Shown here one piece after another: positions 40,704 to 50,382 of a DNA stretch of 57,928 bases (its first letter is position 1; each line of letters begins with the position of its first letter). The stretch lies in the IMG/VR virus record IMGVR_UViG_3300018915_000003; one strand, written 5' to 3'. Below the pieces are notes generated by a model. It was not told the origin of the DNA. It ran no database searches and saw nothing but the letters and a program-made list of their open reading frames with translations. The translations under genes were made by a program, and so were the position numbers. This stretch comes from an uncultured virus (IMG/VR IMGVR_UViG_3300018915_000003) (Duplodnaviria > Heunggongvirae > Uroviricota > Caudoviricetes).

Positions 40704-41258
40704 ATGACAGAAGAGAGTAGAAGGTACGGCAATAAATACATTGAACGCTCAGCGGTGGTTACATCCGACACCTACACAGGCGTCTGTAATAACTGCAGGG
40801 CTGTTGTACCGTTTGACTGTGATTCAACTCACAGACACCACGAGGAATACCATCAAGAGGATGCACTCAAGGACACCATTGAGTTATGCCCAATATGTCA
40901 TACACTGTTTGATCGAGAACGACGTAAAAGAATCGGTAAGAACGTTAGTGAGATGCTTCTTATCGATGAAATTAAACAGATGGCAAAACACTACGAACGA
41001 TTATACTATACTGGTGAATACAAATATCCGATAAACACAATCTGCGCGACAATCTGTTCTGATTTACGTAGGGCGGAAAGATATTCGGCTATAAGTTCAG
41101 TACATTTAGCATTGGAACCAAAATATAAACAGATAGTGTTTCGACCTAAAAGAAAATTAGGGAACAGAAATACGAATGGCCTATCTTCAAGTCGTATGGA
41201 TCATAAGGCTATGGTTGATTTACTGGTTGATTGGATAGAGGTATCAATCAAAAGGTAG
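40704..41258 (+). CDS. HNH-like domain fused to an 'ERLYY' domain
   Basis: 'GVCNNCRAVVPFDCDSTHRHHEEYH...KDTIELCPICH' closely matches 32476..32871. Confidence 0.7.
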   Translation: MTEESRRYGNKYIERSAVVTSDTYTGVCNNCRAVVPFDCDSTHRHHEEYHQEDALKDTIELCPICHTLFDRERRKRIGKNVSEMLLIDEIKQMAKHYERLYYTGEYKYPINTICATICSDLRRAERYSAISSVHLALEPKYKQIVFRPKRKLGNRNTNGLSSSRMDHKAMVDLLVDWIEVSIKR

Positions 41259-41261
41259 TCT

Positions 41262-42581
41262 CTATAGAATTCTTTGCTGTAAGATATAAGGCTCTAATCT
41301 CTTCTTTGCTATCTTGATATATTCTTCATTGAGTTCAATCCCTAGAAAGCGGCGACCTAACTTGAGTGCCGCCAGCCCTGTGGTACCTGCACCAAAAAAT
41401 GGGTCTAATACTATACCAGAGTCGAAGCCTGTACCACAACCGCAGTCAGTCATTGCTACCATCTTTTTTTCTGTGAACATTGATTTTAGGATTGAACGTT
41501 TGGCATCTGATGGATTCTGGGCTTTGGCAGAATCATAATCCTTAGTGGCCTGTCCTGTGTATTCTGGACTTGAGTATCCACCTATTATCTTTGGTACTCT
41601 GATTATCTGCTGTCTGAATTTTGATAAGTCTGAGGTATGTAATGATGAATTAGGGTCGAGTTCTGTGCCACTCTTACCACTACCAACATCTAATCCTGGG
41701 CGAGTGTTGATTCGAATCTCCTCATAAATTATCCGTCTCCCTGTCCCACACTTCCTGCATACAAACTTAGGACAGCCTGCTTTAATGGGAGTCTCACAGA
41801 GTTTTTCGGGGTAAACTGCAAAGTGGGCTTCCTTTAGTGGTTGGGTGTTAATAGTCCAGACAGAGCGTTTTATTCTACCTAACGTCTGATTGAATAATCT
41901 ACCTGGTTCTCTGTTATCTATTCCCCTTCTTTCATTTGGTGAGTGAGTCCTTTGTTTTGAGTTCCAGATATACTTGTTGCGCTGTATACTTTCCTCTTGT
42001 ATTGGTTCATACTGAGTCTCAAAATAATACTTCTGCGACTTACTGAAAAAATACAAAAATTCATAGTCCACCGTGAACCTATCTTTTGCACTAGAGGGCA
42101 TACAGTTTCTTTTGTGCCATATTATTTTATTTCGTAGAATCCAACCATGATCTATCATAGCAATGGCAAAGCGTTCGGGAATCATGCAGAGAGACTTTTC
42201 TGGGACTGTTGTCTGTTTTTCTTTAACGAAGCCGAATTGGTTGATACCTTCCTTCTGTTTGACGGTTCCCTTCCCGGTGCCGTTGGTATTGCCCCTTTTC
42301 ATTCCGCTGTAGGTATCGGATATCACAACCCAACAGGAACCTTCCTTCTTCAGGACTCTTTTCACCTCGGAGAAAATTGCTACGAGCTTCTCAATATATT
42401 GTTGAAAGGTGGGTTCAAGTCCTAGTTGGTCAGGGTGGCCGTAGTCTCTCAGAGCCCAGTAGGGAGGCGAGCAAAGAACCATATCAATACATTCATTAGG
42501 GATTTTCCTTAACTCGGTTAATGCATCCCCCTGAAGTATTTTATTTACAATTTCTTGAACATTATACATATCGGCTACCAT
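41262..42581 (-). CDS. N4-cytosine/N6-adenine DNA methyltransferase (beta class)
   Basis: SPPY motif, 'HFAVYPEKL', 'VLDPFFGAGTT', 'GIELN'; a Cys-flanked insertion (CRKC...CGC). Confidence 0.92.
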   Translation of the reverse strand: MVADMYNVQEIVNKILQGDALTELRKIPNECIDMVLCSPPYWALRDYGHPDQLGLEPTFQQYIEKLVAIFSEVKRVLKKEGSCWVVISDTYSGMKRGNTNGTGKGTVKQKEGINQFGFVKEKQTTVPEKSLCMIPERFAIAMIDHGWILRNKIIWHKRNCMPSSAKDRFTVDYEFLYFFSKSQKYYFETQYEPIQEESIQRNKYIWNSKQRTHSPNERRGIDNREPGRLFNQTLGRIKRSVWTINTQPLKEAHFAVYPEKLCETPIKAGCPKFVCRKCGTGRRIIYEEIRINTRPGLDVGSGKSGTELDPNSSLHTSDLSKFRQQIIRVPKIIGGYSSPEYTGQATKDYDSAKAQNPSDAKRSILKSMFTEKKMVAMTDCGCGTGFDSGIVLDPFFGAGTTGLAALKLGRRFLGIELNEEYIKIAKKRLEPYILQQRIL

Positions 42582-43056
42582 TCAGATTTTTTACTTTAAG
42601 CCAGTTTTCAGAAAGTTTAGTGATAAGTTCTTGTGAATATGGTTGCCCATAGAAATGTCCATCACTCAATCTTTTCATATGTTGTTTTTTGAGTTCTGGA
42701 ATTTGTAAAGCTAGTTTTGCTTGCTCCGCTTTTACAATCATGTATGGTAACAATGCCGTAAGTATTTTTACAGCCACTTTATGCTCGGCTGCATAAACAA
42801 ACAATGTTTTGTAATTTGATTTGTAACCAGAAATAGAATGATACATCTTGCTTTCGGTTAAACTTCCTCCAAACGTCTCTTTGAACAATTTTAACGGACG
42901 TTGATCTGTCATCTTAATTTGTACTCTAGGAACATATGACGGATTCTTACAATCTCCGTATTTGGTGTTAGTCATACGATATGTAGAACGTCTTATCATA
43001 ACTGAGCCCTCACCATCTAAAATCCCCGCTAAATATCCAAATATTGCGTCACTCAT
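42562..43056 (-). CDS. LAGLIDADG homing endonuclease (single motif)
   Basis: 'YLAGILDGEGSV', 'LFKETFGG', 'LLPYMIVKAEQA'; AT-rich. Confidence 0.9.
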   Translation of the reverse strand: MSDAIFGYLAGILDGEGSVMIRRSTYRMTNTKYGDCKNPSYVPRVQIKMTDQRPLKLFKETFGGSLTESKMYHSISGYKSNYKTLFVYAAEHKVAVKILTALLPYMIVKAEQAKLALQIPELKKQHMKRLSDGHFYGQPYSQELITKLSENWLKVKNLNGSRYV

Positions 43057-43081
43057 ACCATTATTAGCGGTATCAGTAACA

Positions 43082-43207
43082 TTAATACTTATTGTGGGGG
43101 GGTGAGGTCATGCACATATCCACAGTTTCAGATGGTAGAGTTTGCAGGACTTTCAGTGAGTCGCCTTGTAATATTGTGTTTATAGGTAGGTCTACTATGT
43201 CCGCCAA
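43082..43207 (-). pseudogene. Orphaned 5' fragment of the DNA methyltransferase
   Basis: Manual translation from TTG: MADIVDLPINTILQGDSLKVLQTLPSETVDMCMTSPPHNKY*, homologous to 'NKILQGDALTELRKIPNECIDMVLCSPPY'. Confidence 0.8.
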
Positions 43208-43974
43208 ATTTCAACCAGTTCCAGGATAGCCTTGTTCATACTCTTGGGATTTATTTGTTGCAGTATATCCACGACTCTAGTGAACTCGGACAATTTCTCG
43301 AACTCGAAGGTCAAGACGTAGGCTTGCTTATCATGTTGTTTCTGTTGTTGTTGTTGCTTCTTCTCCTGTGGGCTACGTGGAGGATAATCATTTCCTTCTT
43401 CTGGGTTGTCCTCTATCCGTGGGAATACCTGGTCAATCTCTGCTGTTTCCTCCTCAGTTAACTCTGTGAGGTCGTTACCTTTCTCCTCGTTGTCCTCTTC
43501 CACATCTGTGGGGACTTCCATCAACTTCTCAAGCTCCGGGGTGTCTATGGCTATAAGGTCAGAAAGGTCGTTTAGCAGACCCACATCTCTCAACTCATTA
43601 AGCTCAAATGCATCCTTTTCTCTGTCTGCATAGCCTTTCAGTTTGTTCAAAGTCTGACGCATTAATTTCCTCTCAGCATCACTGGCTAGGTGCACACGGA
43701 TGGCAGGAATCTCTTTGAGTCCTAACTTATCTCGATAGACTGTGACTCTATGCTCTCCATCTACAATCATGTTATTCTGGTCAATTATCACGGGTACAAC
43801 ATTGCCAAAATCTGTGATAGACTTGGCTAATGCTTTCATTTGTTGAGGAGTCATCTGGTTCGGGTTCTTGGGGTCGAACTTGATTTTTTCGATGGCTATC
43901 TTTTCGGCTCGTGGCTCCTTGATGCCTGCTTTATCGGCTGTTGTGTTAAATCGTGGGTCTCTTTCTGGCGTTAT
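43195..43974 (-). CDS. ParB/Srx-like domain protein; ATA start inferred
   Basis: 'SITDFGNVVPVII...IVDGEHR', plus upstream in-frame 'IAIEKIKFDPKNPNQM'. Confidence 0.85.
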   Translation of the reverse strand: MTPERDPRFNTTADKAGIKEPRAEKIAIEKIKFDPKNPNQMTPQQMKALAKSITDFGNVVPVIIDQNNMIVDGEHRVTVYRDKLGLKEIPAIRVHLASDAERKLMRQTLNKLKGYADREKDAFELNELRDVGLLNDLSDLIAIDTPELEKLMEVPTDVEEDNEEKGNDLTELTEEETAEIDQVFPRIEDNPEEGNDYPPRSPQEKKQQQQQKQHDKQAYVLTFEFEKLSEFTRVVDILQQINPKSMNKAILELVEIWRT

Positions 43975-43988
43975 GTTTCACCTTATTG

Positions 43989-46172
43989 TTAGATATCGAC
44001 GTTGATTAAAACAAAGCGGTCTCTTAGTTGTTGCTCAGTCAAGCCCTTGGGATTCTCGTCTGTGTGGAAGTTCCTGATATGTTCGGTTATCGCATTGCGC
44101 ACGAATTGTTTATCCTTCTTGGTTTCCTCCTCTGTTTCATTGTTGCGTAGGCTGAAGAAGCTGACCCGCATGTTGCACCTGTTGCAGATTGCGGCCTGTG
44201 CCTTGTTTGTGCCGAACTTTGGCCCCTTGTTCTTGGGGGGGTTTACTTTGATGCTGTGGAACTTGAGGTTGTCCAGTGAGTCGCCCTGCTCATACATCGC
44301 CCGGTCAATCATTGCTTTGATGGCGGGGTGGATGCCTTCTTTCGGTAATGGTTTAATCATGTTAATTTACTTCCCATTGCACTCGATAGGCTATGAAGTT
44401 TTTTATCGATCTCCTTGTTCTCGTCTGATACCCACTTTCTATTATTTGGAAGGTGATTAATTTTACCCGGCATGAATCCATGTATTAGGACGTCCTTGTG
44501 TTGATTCCACTGTTCGACTAGCAACGGATTCTTTCTCATCATGAGTTTATTGATAACAGCCCAATCCATGTATTCATCGACAGCAACATTAGACGGTAGC
44601 ATGTAATCCTGTGGGTTGAGATGATCGATTTCCTCTAATTTCATACTGTTAATGATATTTGACTCGGTAAAGAAGTCCTCCTCGCAAGACCTACAGAGTA
44701 AAACATACGGGGCATTATTTGAATCGTAGCAACCCATTTCTTCCATCTTATCATCTAGCTCATCCGATTCGGGTGTGTCGTACCATTGCTCTAACAGCAT
44801 TCCCTTCGTTGTACCGCACACGTCACAATGTTTAGTTGGGCCTTTGTACAACGTTTCTGTTGGAATCTGGGCGTAAAGGTCACGCGAGCCAACCTGCCTG
44901 TATTGTATCTCTCCCTCGGTGTTTTTTCTCTTTGTCTGGTTGCTTATGACAGCGTCCCAGTCTGCGAAGAAAGTGCCTCTCTTTTCCTCCTTGTGCTTCT
45001 GCTGCTGCGCTTCCATTGCCCTGATTAATCTGTCCTCTTCTGTCTCCAGTTCATCTTTGTATTCCTCCCTCAGGTCGGGCAGGCTCAGGAGTTTCTTAGC
45101 CTTCTTACAGGTAGGACAGTCCTCAAACTTTCCGATCTTTGTGCCGCAATCTTTGCACCTAAAACGCTTCTTCCGATCTCTAAGATAATCGTGTCCAGAG
45201 ATGCAGTACCACATCAAGAAAATTAGACTGGCTATAAAGACACAGAAGAAGATACCAAAGTGGAGGGGTTCGAGAGCCATATCTAATCACTCACTCAGAT
45301 TTGTGCGTCCTCCAAGAACCTAGTCGGCGTCCACTTTCGCTCGAACACATGCCAGACGTAATCTTCCGAGCGAGCCTTTTTAGTTAGAATATTTTTCACA
45401 GTACCCAAATATGCAAGACCGCGCCAGAAGGAGGCTTCTATGTCCCAGCCTGTACCAACGACTACAAATTCCCTTTTCTCCTTCTTCGCATCCTCGGCGG
45501 GGTTCACTAGAGCCCAGAATACAATCTCATCGCATTGACTATCGACCTTCATTATCCATGCACTTTCGGGCATCTCTAACTCCGTTGTTTTCTGTAGCGG
45601 AATTGTGTACTTCTGTATCGCCAGAGAGCCTTGCTCCTCTACTTCGTTTTCATCCTCGATGGCTATGGATGCGGCATCGAGTTGTAAGTCGATGGTGTTG
45701 GCCTGTACCTCCCTCTCGACAATCATGTCGTTGTCTCCTCCCGTATCGGTGATATGCACGACTTCCCTTCTGCCGTCATCATCTTTCTCCTCCTTCTCAG
45801 GTATGGCGAGCTCTCTCATACCATGCCAATCATGCAGGTCATGTTTGTAGTGACAGATGGGGCATATGCTGCCCGGTTCTTGTCCTTCATCTTGATCTGA
45901 TACCATTATTTTATTCTCACTCAGCGCCTCTGTTCTAACCATCGGAACTTGTAGGACATAAGTCTTGCCTCTTCCGCTTTCTCGTACTCTTTTACATGAT
46001 TCAGGACTGATGCTACCATATTGTTGAAGTCTCGTGTCGGCATTGTGAGGAAGCCGAAGAAGGCTCTCTCAAAGAAGGCAGCTGCGGGGTTGGCTATGGC
46101 CATCCTCTTACGCGTGAGCATGTCGTAGTCAATAGGTGGCTCTTTATTTTCTGCTGTCATTATTATCACCAC
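43989..46172 (-). CDS. Four hypothetical ORFs (43989-44360, 44357-45280, 45295-45942, 45921-46172)
   Basis: Co-oriented and abutting; the second has a TM helix and Zn fingers; the third has a 'KYTIPL...FWALVNP...VVGTG' domain. Confidence 0.6.
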
Positions 46173-46764
46173 CCAAAAAATACGAGGTTACGGATGTAGG
46201 TAATTCGGCCGGAGCCTCTAGTCCCCACACATCCCATCCAGGCACTCTACGCCTTGCAAAGAGTTCGATCTTTGGATTCAGGTCGCGGGTAACGGATTCG
46301 ATTAGTCTCCTAAAACCTTCCGGCTTTTCGCTGTGTTTGCCGACATGAAAGGACTGGATATTTGGCTCTAAACTACGAAATGATTTAATGTCTCCCCTTA
46401 CGCCCAGAGCGAGGTGTTCGGTAAATCCCCGAAACCAGTAGCCGACGTTTTTACTCCCATCTTTTTTCCAAGTAAGCAGAGTCTTGTATTCGAATCCCCA
46501 CGCTTTGATTATCGGAAGTTGCAGGTCGAGTAAAGGATTTGTTACCCACATGAACAGAACGCAGTTTCTATCAGCAAATTTTTCCTTTACGGGTAACTTG
46601 GCAATATCTTCGAAGGACATAGTATCGTAATAATGTGCGGCGCTTATCCTGCGCTTCCCATACATGTCACTGCGCTCGCGGGATAGAGGGGGTTGATCCG
46701 ACCTGTACCGCCAAGGAGGGTCGGCGTAGATGACTTGGTACCTCTTCTCTTCCTCTTCTACCAT
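46144..46764 (-). CDS. MT-A70 family adenine methyltransferase
   Basis: 'YQVIYADPPW', 'LFMWVT', 'AWGFEYKT', 'HSEKP', 'IELFARR..PGWDVWG'. Confidence 0.92.
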   Translation of the reverse strand: MVEEEEKRYQVIYADPPWRYRSDQPPLSRERSDMYGKRRISAAHYYDTMSFEDIAKLPVKEKFADRNCVLFMWVTNPLLDLQLPIIKAWGFEYKTLLTWKKDGSKNVGYWFRGFTEHLALGVRGDIKSFRSLEPNIQSFHVGKHSEKPEGFRRLIESVTRDLNPKIELFARRRVPGWDVWGLEAPAELPTSVTSYFLGGDNNDSRK

Positions 46765-48857
46765 TCCAGTGTCTCCGCCCACCTGTATCGTTCGCCTTTT
46801 GTTTCCACTTTACCAGCACCTACACCTTCCTCCAACCACTTTGATATCTTTTCCGTTGAACCCCAGTTGTGTTTGGGTATCTCTTGCAGCTTCATCTTTA
46901 GCAACTCCTTGGTGAAGAATTTGTCAGCGTCCTCAGTCATTTTCATGGCTTCCTTGCAGGCCCAAATAAACTGTTCCTTCTGTGATTTCTCTGACACCTC
47001 TAACATCTTTTGCTCCTGTATTGTCCTCTGTGCGGGGGCGCCTTCTATCATGCCGACATCATACTGTTGTGTCTTGGGGTCGAATGCTGCTAGTGCCATG
47101 TGCTCGGTCAGCATGTTGAAGATAAACATGACATGCTCCTTTGTTGGTTGGGACTTGCCGAAGAGTCTTGCCCAGACCTGTGCAATGGAGACACAGTGCT
47201 CGACAAAGCGGGGAGTCATGACCATGCGATGTTGTTGGTTGTAGTCTCGTTTGTTGGCCAGGTAGTATTTGATAAAGTCTTCTTTGAAGTCTGGAGGCAT
47301 TGGGTCAACTGGTATCTCCTCGATGATGAACTTGATTAGCTTGCGCAGTGTTGTAACACCAAAGTATTCAACCTCAACCTCCTCGCCTGACTCTGTCTTT
47401 ATTTTCTTTGTCCAGTCGTTCTTGTAGTACTCCATAATATCGACCTGGCTGTGGTCGTAAATCCTGCCTGCAATTTCGGCTTCTTCTGCATCACTCTTCT
47501 TATCCACAACTTTGAGTATCATAGAAAACCTGCTGAGTAGTGCAGCTCTACCTTCCTTGATGAATCCCACTAACTCATGGATGTTCTGTTCGAGACCGAT
47601 GTATCCTCCTCTGGGGTTGCATAACGCCATGACAGCAGCCCTGGCGTCAAGATAGCCAACATTGCCGCCTGCTAGGGCGTAGGATATCCTTCCATCCTGG
47701 AGCACTTCCAGAAGGGCTGTAATATCTTTGGGGTCTCTTGCTTCCTGAAGGTCATCGAGCCATACTGCTGAGCCGTCGGCCATTGCAAAGATACCAGGGT
47801 GAACCATCCAGGCGTCGGAGTCGGGGTCTTTTGCTGATGTGGTTGTGAGTCCTGTAGCTCTGGCCTGTGCCATGTTGACATACCAGGAGTCTCTTAACAG
47901 AAGGGAGCCAAACTTTGCCACCTGTGACTTGCCTGTTCCTGGGTCTCCAATGATGAAGACCTTGATGGGGTGTATCAGTCCGATTGATGCTAACACCAAC
48001 AGGACGGCGTCCTTTATGATGTCGTTGCCTGCTATGTGGGGAGCTATGGAGCCTCTGAGTTTTTCGGGATATTGTGGTTGCTCCATTTCGTAGCGGAAGC
48101 GTGTTCTATCCTCGTCTGTTAACTCAAAGTCTCGCTCTGCGTCCTTCACTCTGCGGATACCAAAGACTTCGAACCAGAAGGTGAAATATCTCCGCTTGTT
48201 CTTGTCCATCATCATTTGTGAACGCACGGCACCAATAGGTCGGACTCGTTCTTTGAACTGAACAGACCACAGGTTGCCATGTCCTTGTATCCTGGCTGGT
48301 ATTGAGATAGGCACGCGTGAGATTGTTGTGTCCCTTCTGACTTCTTCTAAGCGAATCCATTGTGTGTCAATCATGTCTTCAGGTAGGACGTTCTCGACAT
48401 GTGTCGGCTCACTACATTCACATTGCCACTTTGGAGCCTTCAGTGTGACCATTCCAGGCTCTATGGGGAATTTTTTGTCCTGCCCACAGGTAAGACAGAC
48501 GGATGTGGCCTGGTATGCTTCTGGCCTGTTTGTTGAGATGCCTGTGACAACACACTCTTCTAATTCAACGGCGTGCCCCACATCCTTGACATACATATCC
48601 TTCAGGCTTACCCGAGGGAGTCCTTCGATTGGCGGTGCCCCTGCACGCTTCAGGACTTCCAAGAGGTAGACATCATCATCGCAGTTGACAAAGGTGTCCC
48701 ACTGTTCTGGGATGATGTTTTTGTGTGTGAAGTTTCTTAACGTTTCACGCGTCGGTTGCGGATGTTCTTTGAGATAGACTTCGACCTGTTGAACGTCAAA
48801 GCCTATGTCCCGCATTCGACTGCGCTTATTGGTTGTCTTTTCGTAATTCCAACTCAT
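46758..48857 (-). CDS. mcm: MCM replicative helicase
   Basis: Zn finger CLTC...CEC, 'SIAPHIAG', Walker A GDPGTGKS, 'GLTT', 'CNPRGG', arginine finger 'ALLSRF'. Confidence 0.92.
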   Translation of the reverse strand: MSWNYEKTTNKRSRMRDIGFDVQQVEVYLKEHPQPTRETLRNFTHKNIIPEQWDTFVNCDDDVYLLEVLKRAGAPPIEGLPRVSLKDMYVKDVGHAVELEECVVTGISTNRPEAYQATSVCLTCGQDKKFPIEPGMVTLKAPKWQCECSEPTHVENVLPEDMIDTQWIRLEEVRRDTTISRVPISIPARIQGHGNLWSVQFKERVRPIGAVRSQMMMDKNKRRYFTFWFEVFGIRRVKDAERDFELTDEDRTRFRYEMEQPQYPEKLRGSIAPHIAGNDIIKDAVLLVLASIGLIHPIKVFIIGDPGTGKSQVAKFGSLLLRDSWYVNMAQARATGLTTTSAKDPDSDAWMVHPGIFAMADGSAVWLDDLQEARDPKDITALLEVLQDGRISYALAGGNVGYLDARAAVMALCNPRGGYIGLEQNIHELVGFIKEGRAALLSRFSMILKVVDKKSDAEEAEIAGRIYDHSQVDIMEYYKNDWTKKIKTESGEEVEVEYFGVTTLRKLIKFIIEEIPVDPMPPDFKEDFIKYYLANKRDYNQQHRMVMTPRFVEHCVSIAQVWARLFGKSQPTKEHVMFIFNMLTEHMALAAFDPKTQQYDVGMIEGAPAQRTIQEQKMLEVSEKSQKEQFIWACKEAMKMTEDADKFFTKELLKMKLQEIPKHNWGSTEKISKWLEEGVGAGKVETKGERYRWAETLEW

Positions 48858-48889
48858 TTCTTATTTTCACCATCTAAGACAAGAGTAGA

Positions 48890-49297
48890 CTATCTGTGGG
48901 GGACTTTGTCAGGATCTCCGATTGAGTTCCGAGTCATATGATGGTCGCCCTCTTCAATTGCCTTCTCTGCGAATAACTTGATCATGATACCGATAGAGCG
49001 GATCTGTGCTAGCTCCCTGGAGCTATACATCCTCCTGGCCTCATGGGGTGTGAGCTCGTTCATCTTGTTGAATATGAGCATGTATTCCTGAAGGAGTCCC
49101 ATTGGTTTACTTTCACCTTTATCATCGACATAGTCTGTCATTTTAGCCCCTCTCTTTTCTTCATGCCATTTGGCGAGTAGAGTCCTGCATATCCAGTCGG
49201 ATTTATCTCTTGTACGACTTTTTGCATCCAAAGCATCAAATAGCTCGGAGTATTTCTCTCCAATAGTAAAGTGGTCAGAACCGCCTTTTTTTCGCAT
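48890..49297 (-). CDS. Hypothetical protein, possible N-terminal RHH
   Basis: 'HFTIGEKYSELFDALD...DKSDWICRTL'; upstream of mcm. Confidence 0.5.
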   Translation of the reverse strand: MRKKGGSDHFTIGEKYSELFDALDAKSRTRDKSDWICRTLLAKWHEEKRGAKMTDYVDDKGESKPMGLLQEYMLIFNKMNELTPHEARRMYSSRELAQIRSIGIMIKLFAEKAIEEGDHHMTRNSIGDPDKVPHR

Positions 49298-49372
49298 CTT
49301 AACATTTTTTCCTCCCTTCTGTGTTTCGATTCATTTTAATTGTATGTACATAACTGGCTTGCTATTTATATC

Positions 49373-49396
49373 TTGTCTATTTGTCGATTTGTCGAT
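49373..49396. repeat. Three tandem 8-mers (TTGTCTAT TTGTCGAT TTGTCGAT), candidate operator
   Basis: Read directly; lies between divergent TATA-like boxes. Confidence 0.6.
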
Positions 49397-49438
49397 TAAA
49401 CGTTTTTATATGTTTTTAAATTATATACATGTGTATAA

Positions 49439-49612
49439 ATGAGCACCACCCAATTGGTAAACCAAGGGAGCGATAAACTCACAAAGGTAACATTCTATCT
49501 AGAGAAAGACCTTGCGAAGCTTGTGAAGCATGCAGCTGTTGAGAAGGATATGACAATTAGCGAATTTGGTTCATCTGTTCTTTCGAAAGCTGTCAATTTT
49601 AAGACTGACTAA
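49439..49612 (+). CDS. Ribbon-helix-helix protein (57 aa, not in ORF track)
   Basis: MSTTQLVNQGSDKLTKVTFYLEKDLAKLVKHAAVEKDMTISEFGSSVLSKAVNFKTD. Confidence 0.75.
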   Translation: MSTTQLVNQGSDKLTKVTFYLEKDLAKLVKHAAVEKDMTISEFGSSVLSKAVNFKTD

Positions 49613-49638
49613 ATAACTGCCTCTATTTTTGTTTTGGA

Positions 49639-49780
49639 TATATATGTACATATTATGTACATATATAATTTCTCGTGTGTACTAGGGTTGTGTAAGTAAG
49701 TAAGTAAGTAAGTACAAAGTACGTACTCTATCTCTATCTATCTATCTAAAACTAAATTAAAAACAAAACAAAAAGAAAAA
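49639..49780. other. AT-rich palindrome and microsatellites, candidate replication origin
   Basis: Perfect 14-bp inverted repeat, (TAAG)5, TCTA repeats and A tracts near mcm. Confidence 0.45.
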
Positions 49781-49804
49781 ACAGGAGAGACTCTTCGTAC
49801 TAAC

Positions 49805-50329
49805 TCAGGATGTGGGAGTAGTCACCACTATCGTTTGAGGAGTCGCTGCCACCGGGGCTGCCGTCGTGGTTGTGGTCGTTGTGGTTGTCGTTGTCGTTGG
49901 GCTCACTGCTTGCTGCCCTGGTTGTATCACTATGACTATAACGGTGGGCGGGGCTGCCGTCGTTGTTACTGGTTGCGTCGCTATGACTGGAACCGTGATG
50001 GTGTTCCCTTGCACCTCACCATATGATTCCTCCATTGCTGTCGCGTTCTCGGTCTCGCCATAGGTCTCGTTAGTTGTTGTACCTTCAAGGGCGGATTCTT
50101 GCTCCTCCTCTTCATTCTCGCCGTTGTCGACGCTAATCCTATTGCCCTCATCTACAATGTTGGATTCTCTGTTATCGTTATTGTCTTCATCATTCTCCTC
50201 ATTGTCGTGGTCATCATCCTCTTCGGCTGCGTAAACTGGGATTGCTGTTATCGGTGTTGCTGCTGCTGTTGCTATCAATATCAGAGATAGCACAGTGAAT
50301 AACGTAGCGGTTAAAAATTTGGTTGACAT
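49805..50329 (-). CDS. Secreted acidic/Thr-rich protein
   Basis: Signal peptide, D/E/N tract, poly-Thr. Confidence 0.6.
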   Translation of the reverse strand: MSTKFLTATLFTVLSLILIATAAATPITAIPVYAAEEDDDHDNEENDEDNNDNRESNIVDEGNRISVDNGENEEEEQESALEGTTTNETYGETENATAMEESYGEVQGNTITVPVIATQPVTTTAAPPTVIVIVIQPGQQAVSPTTTTTTTTTTTTAAPVAATPQTIVVTTPTS

Positions 50330-50382
50330 ATGTCTGTAATCAAAAATAAAAAAGGGGAGGGTGTTACTTAACCCTATCTATC

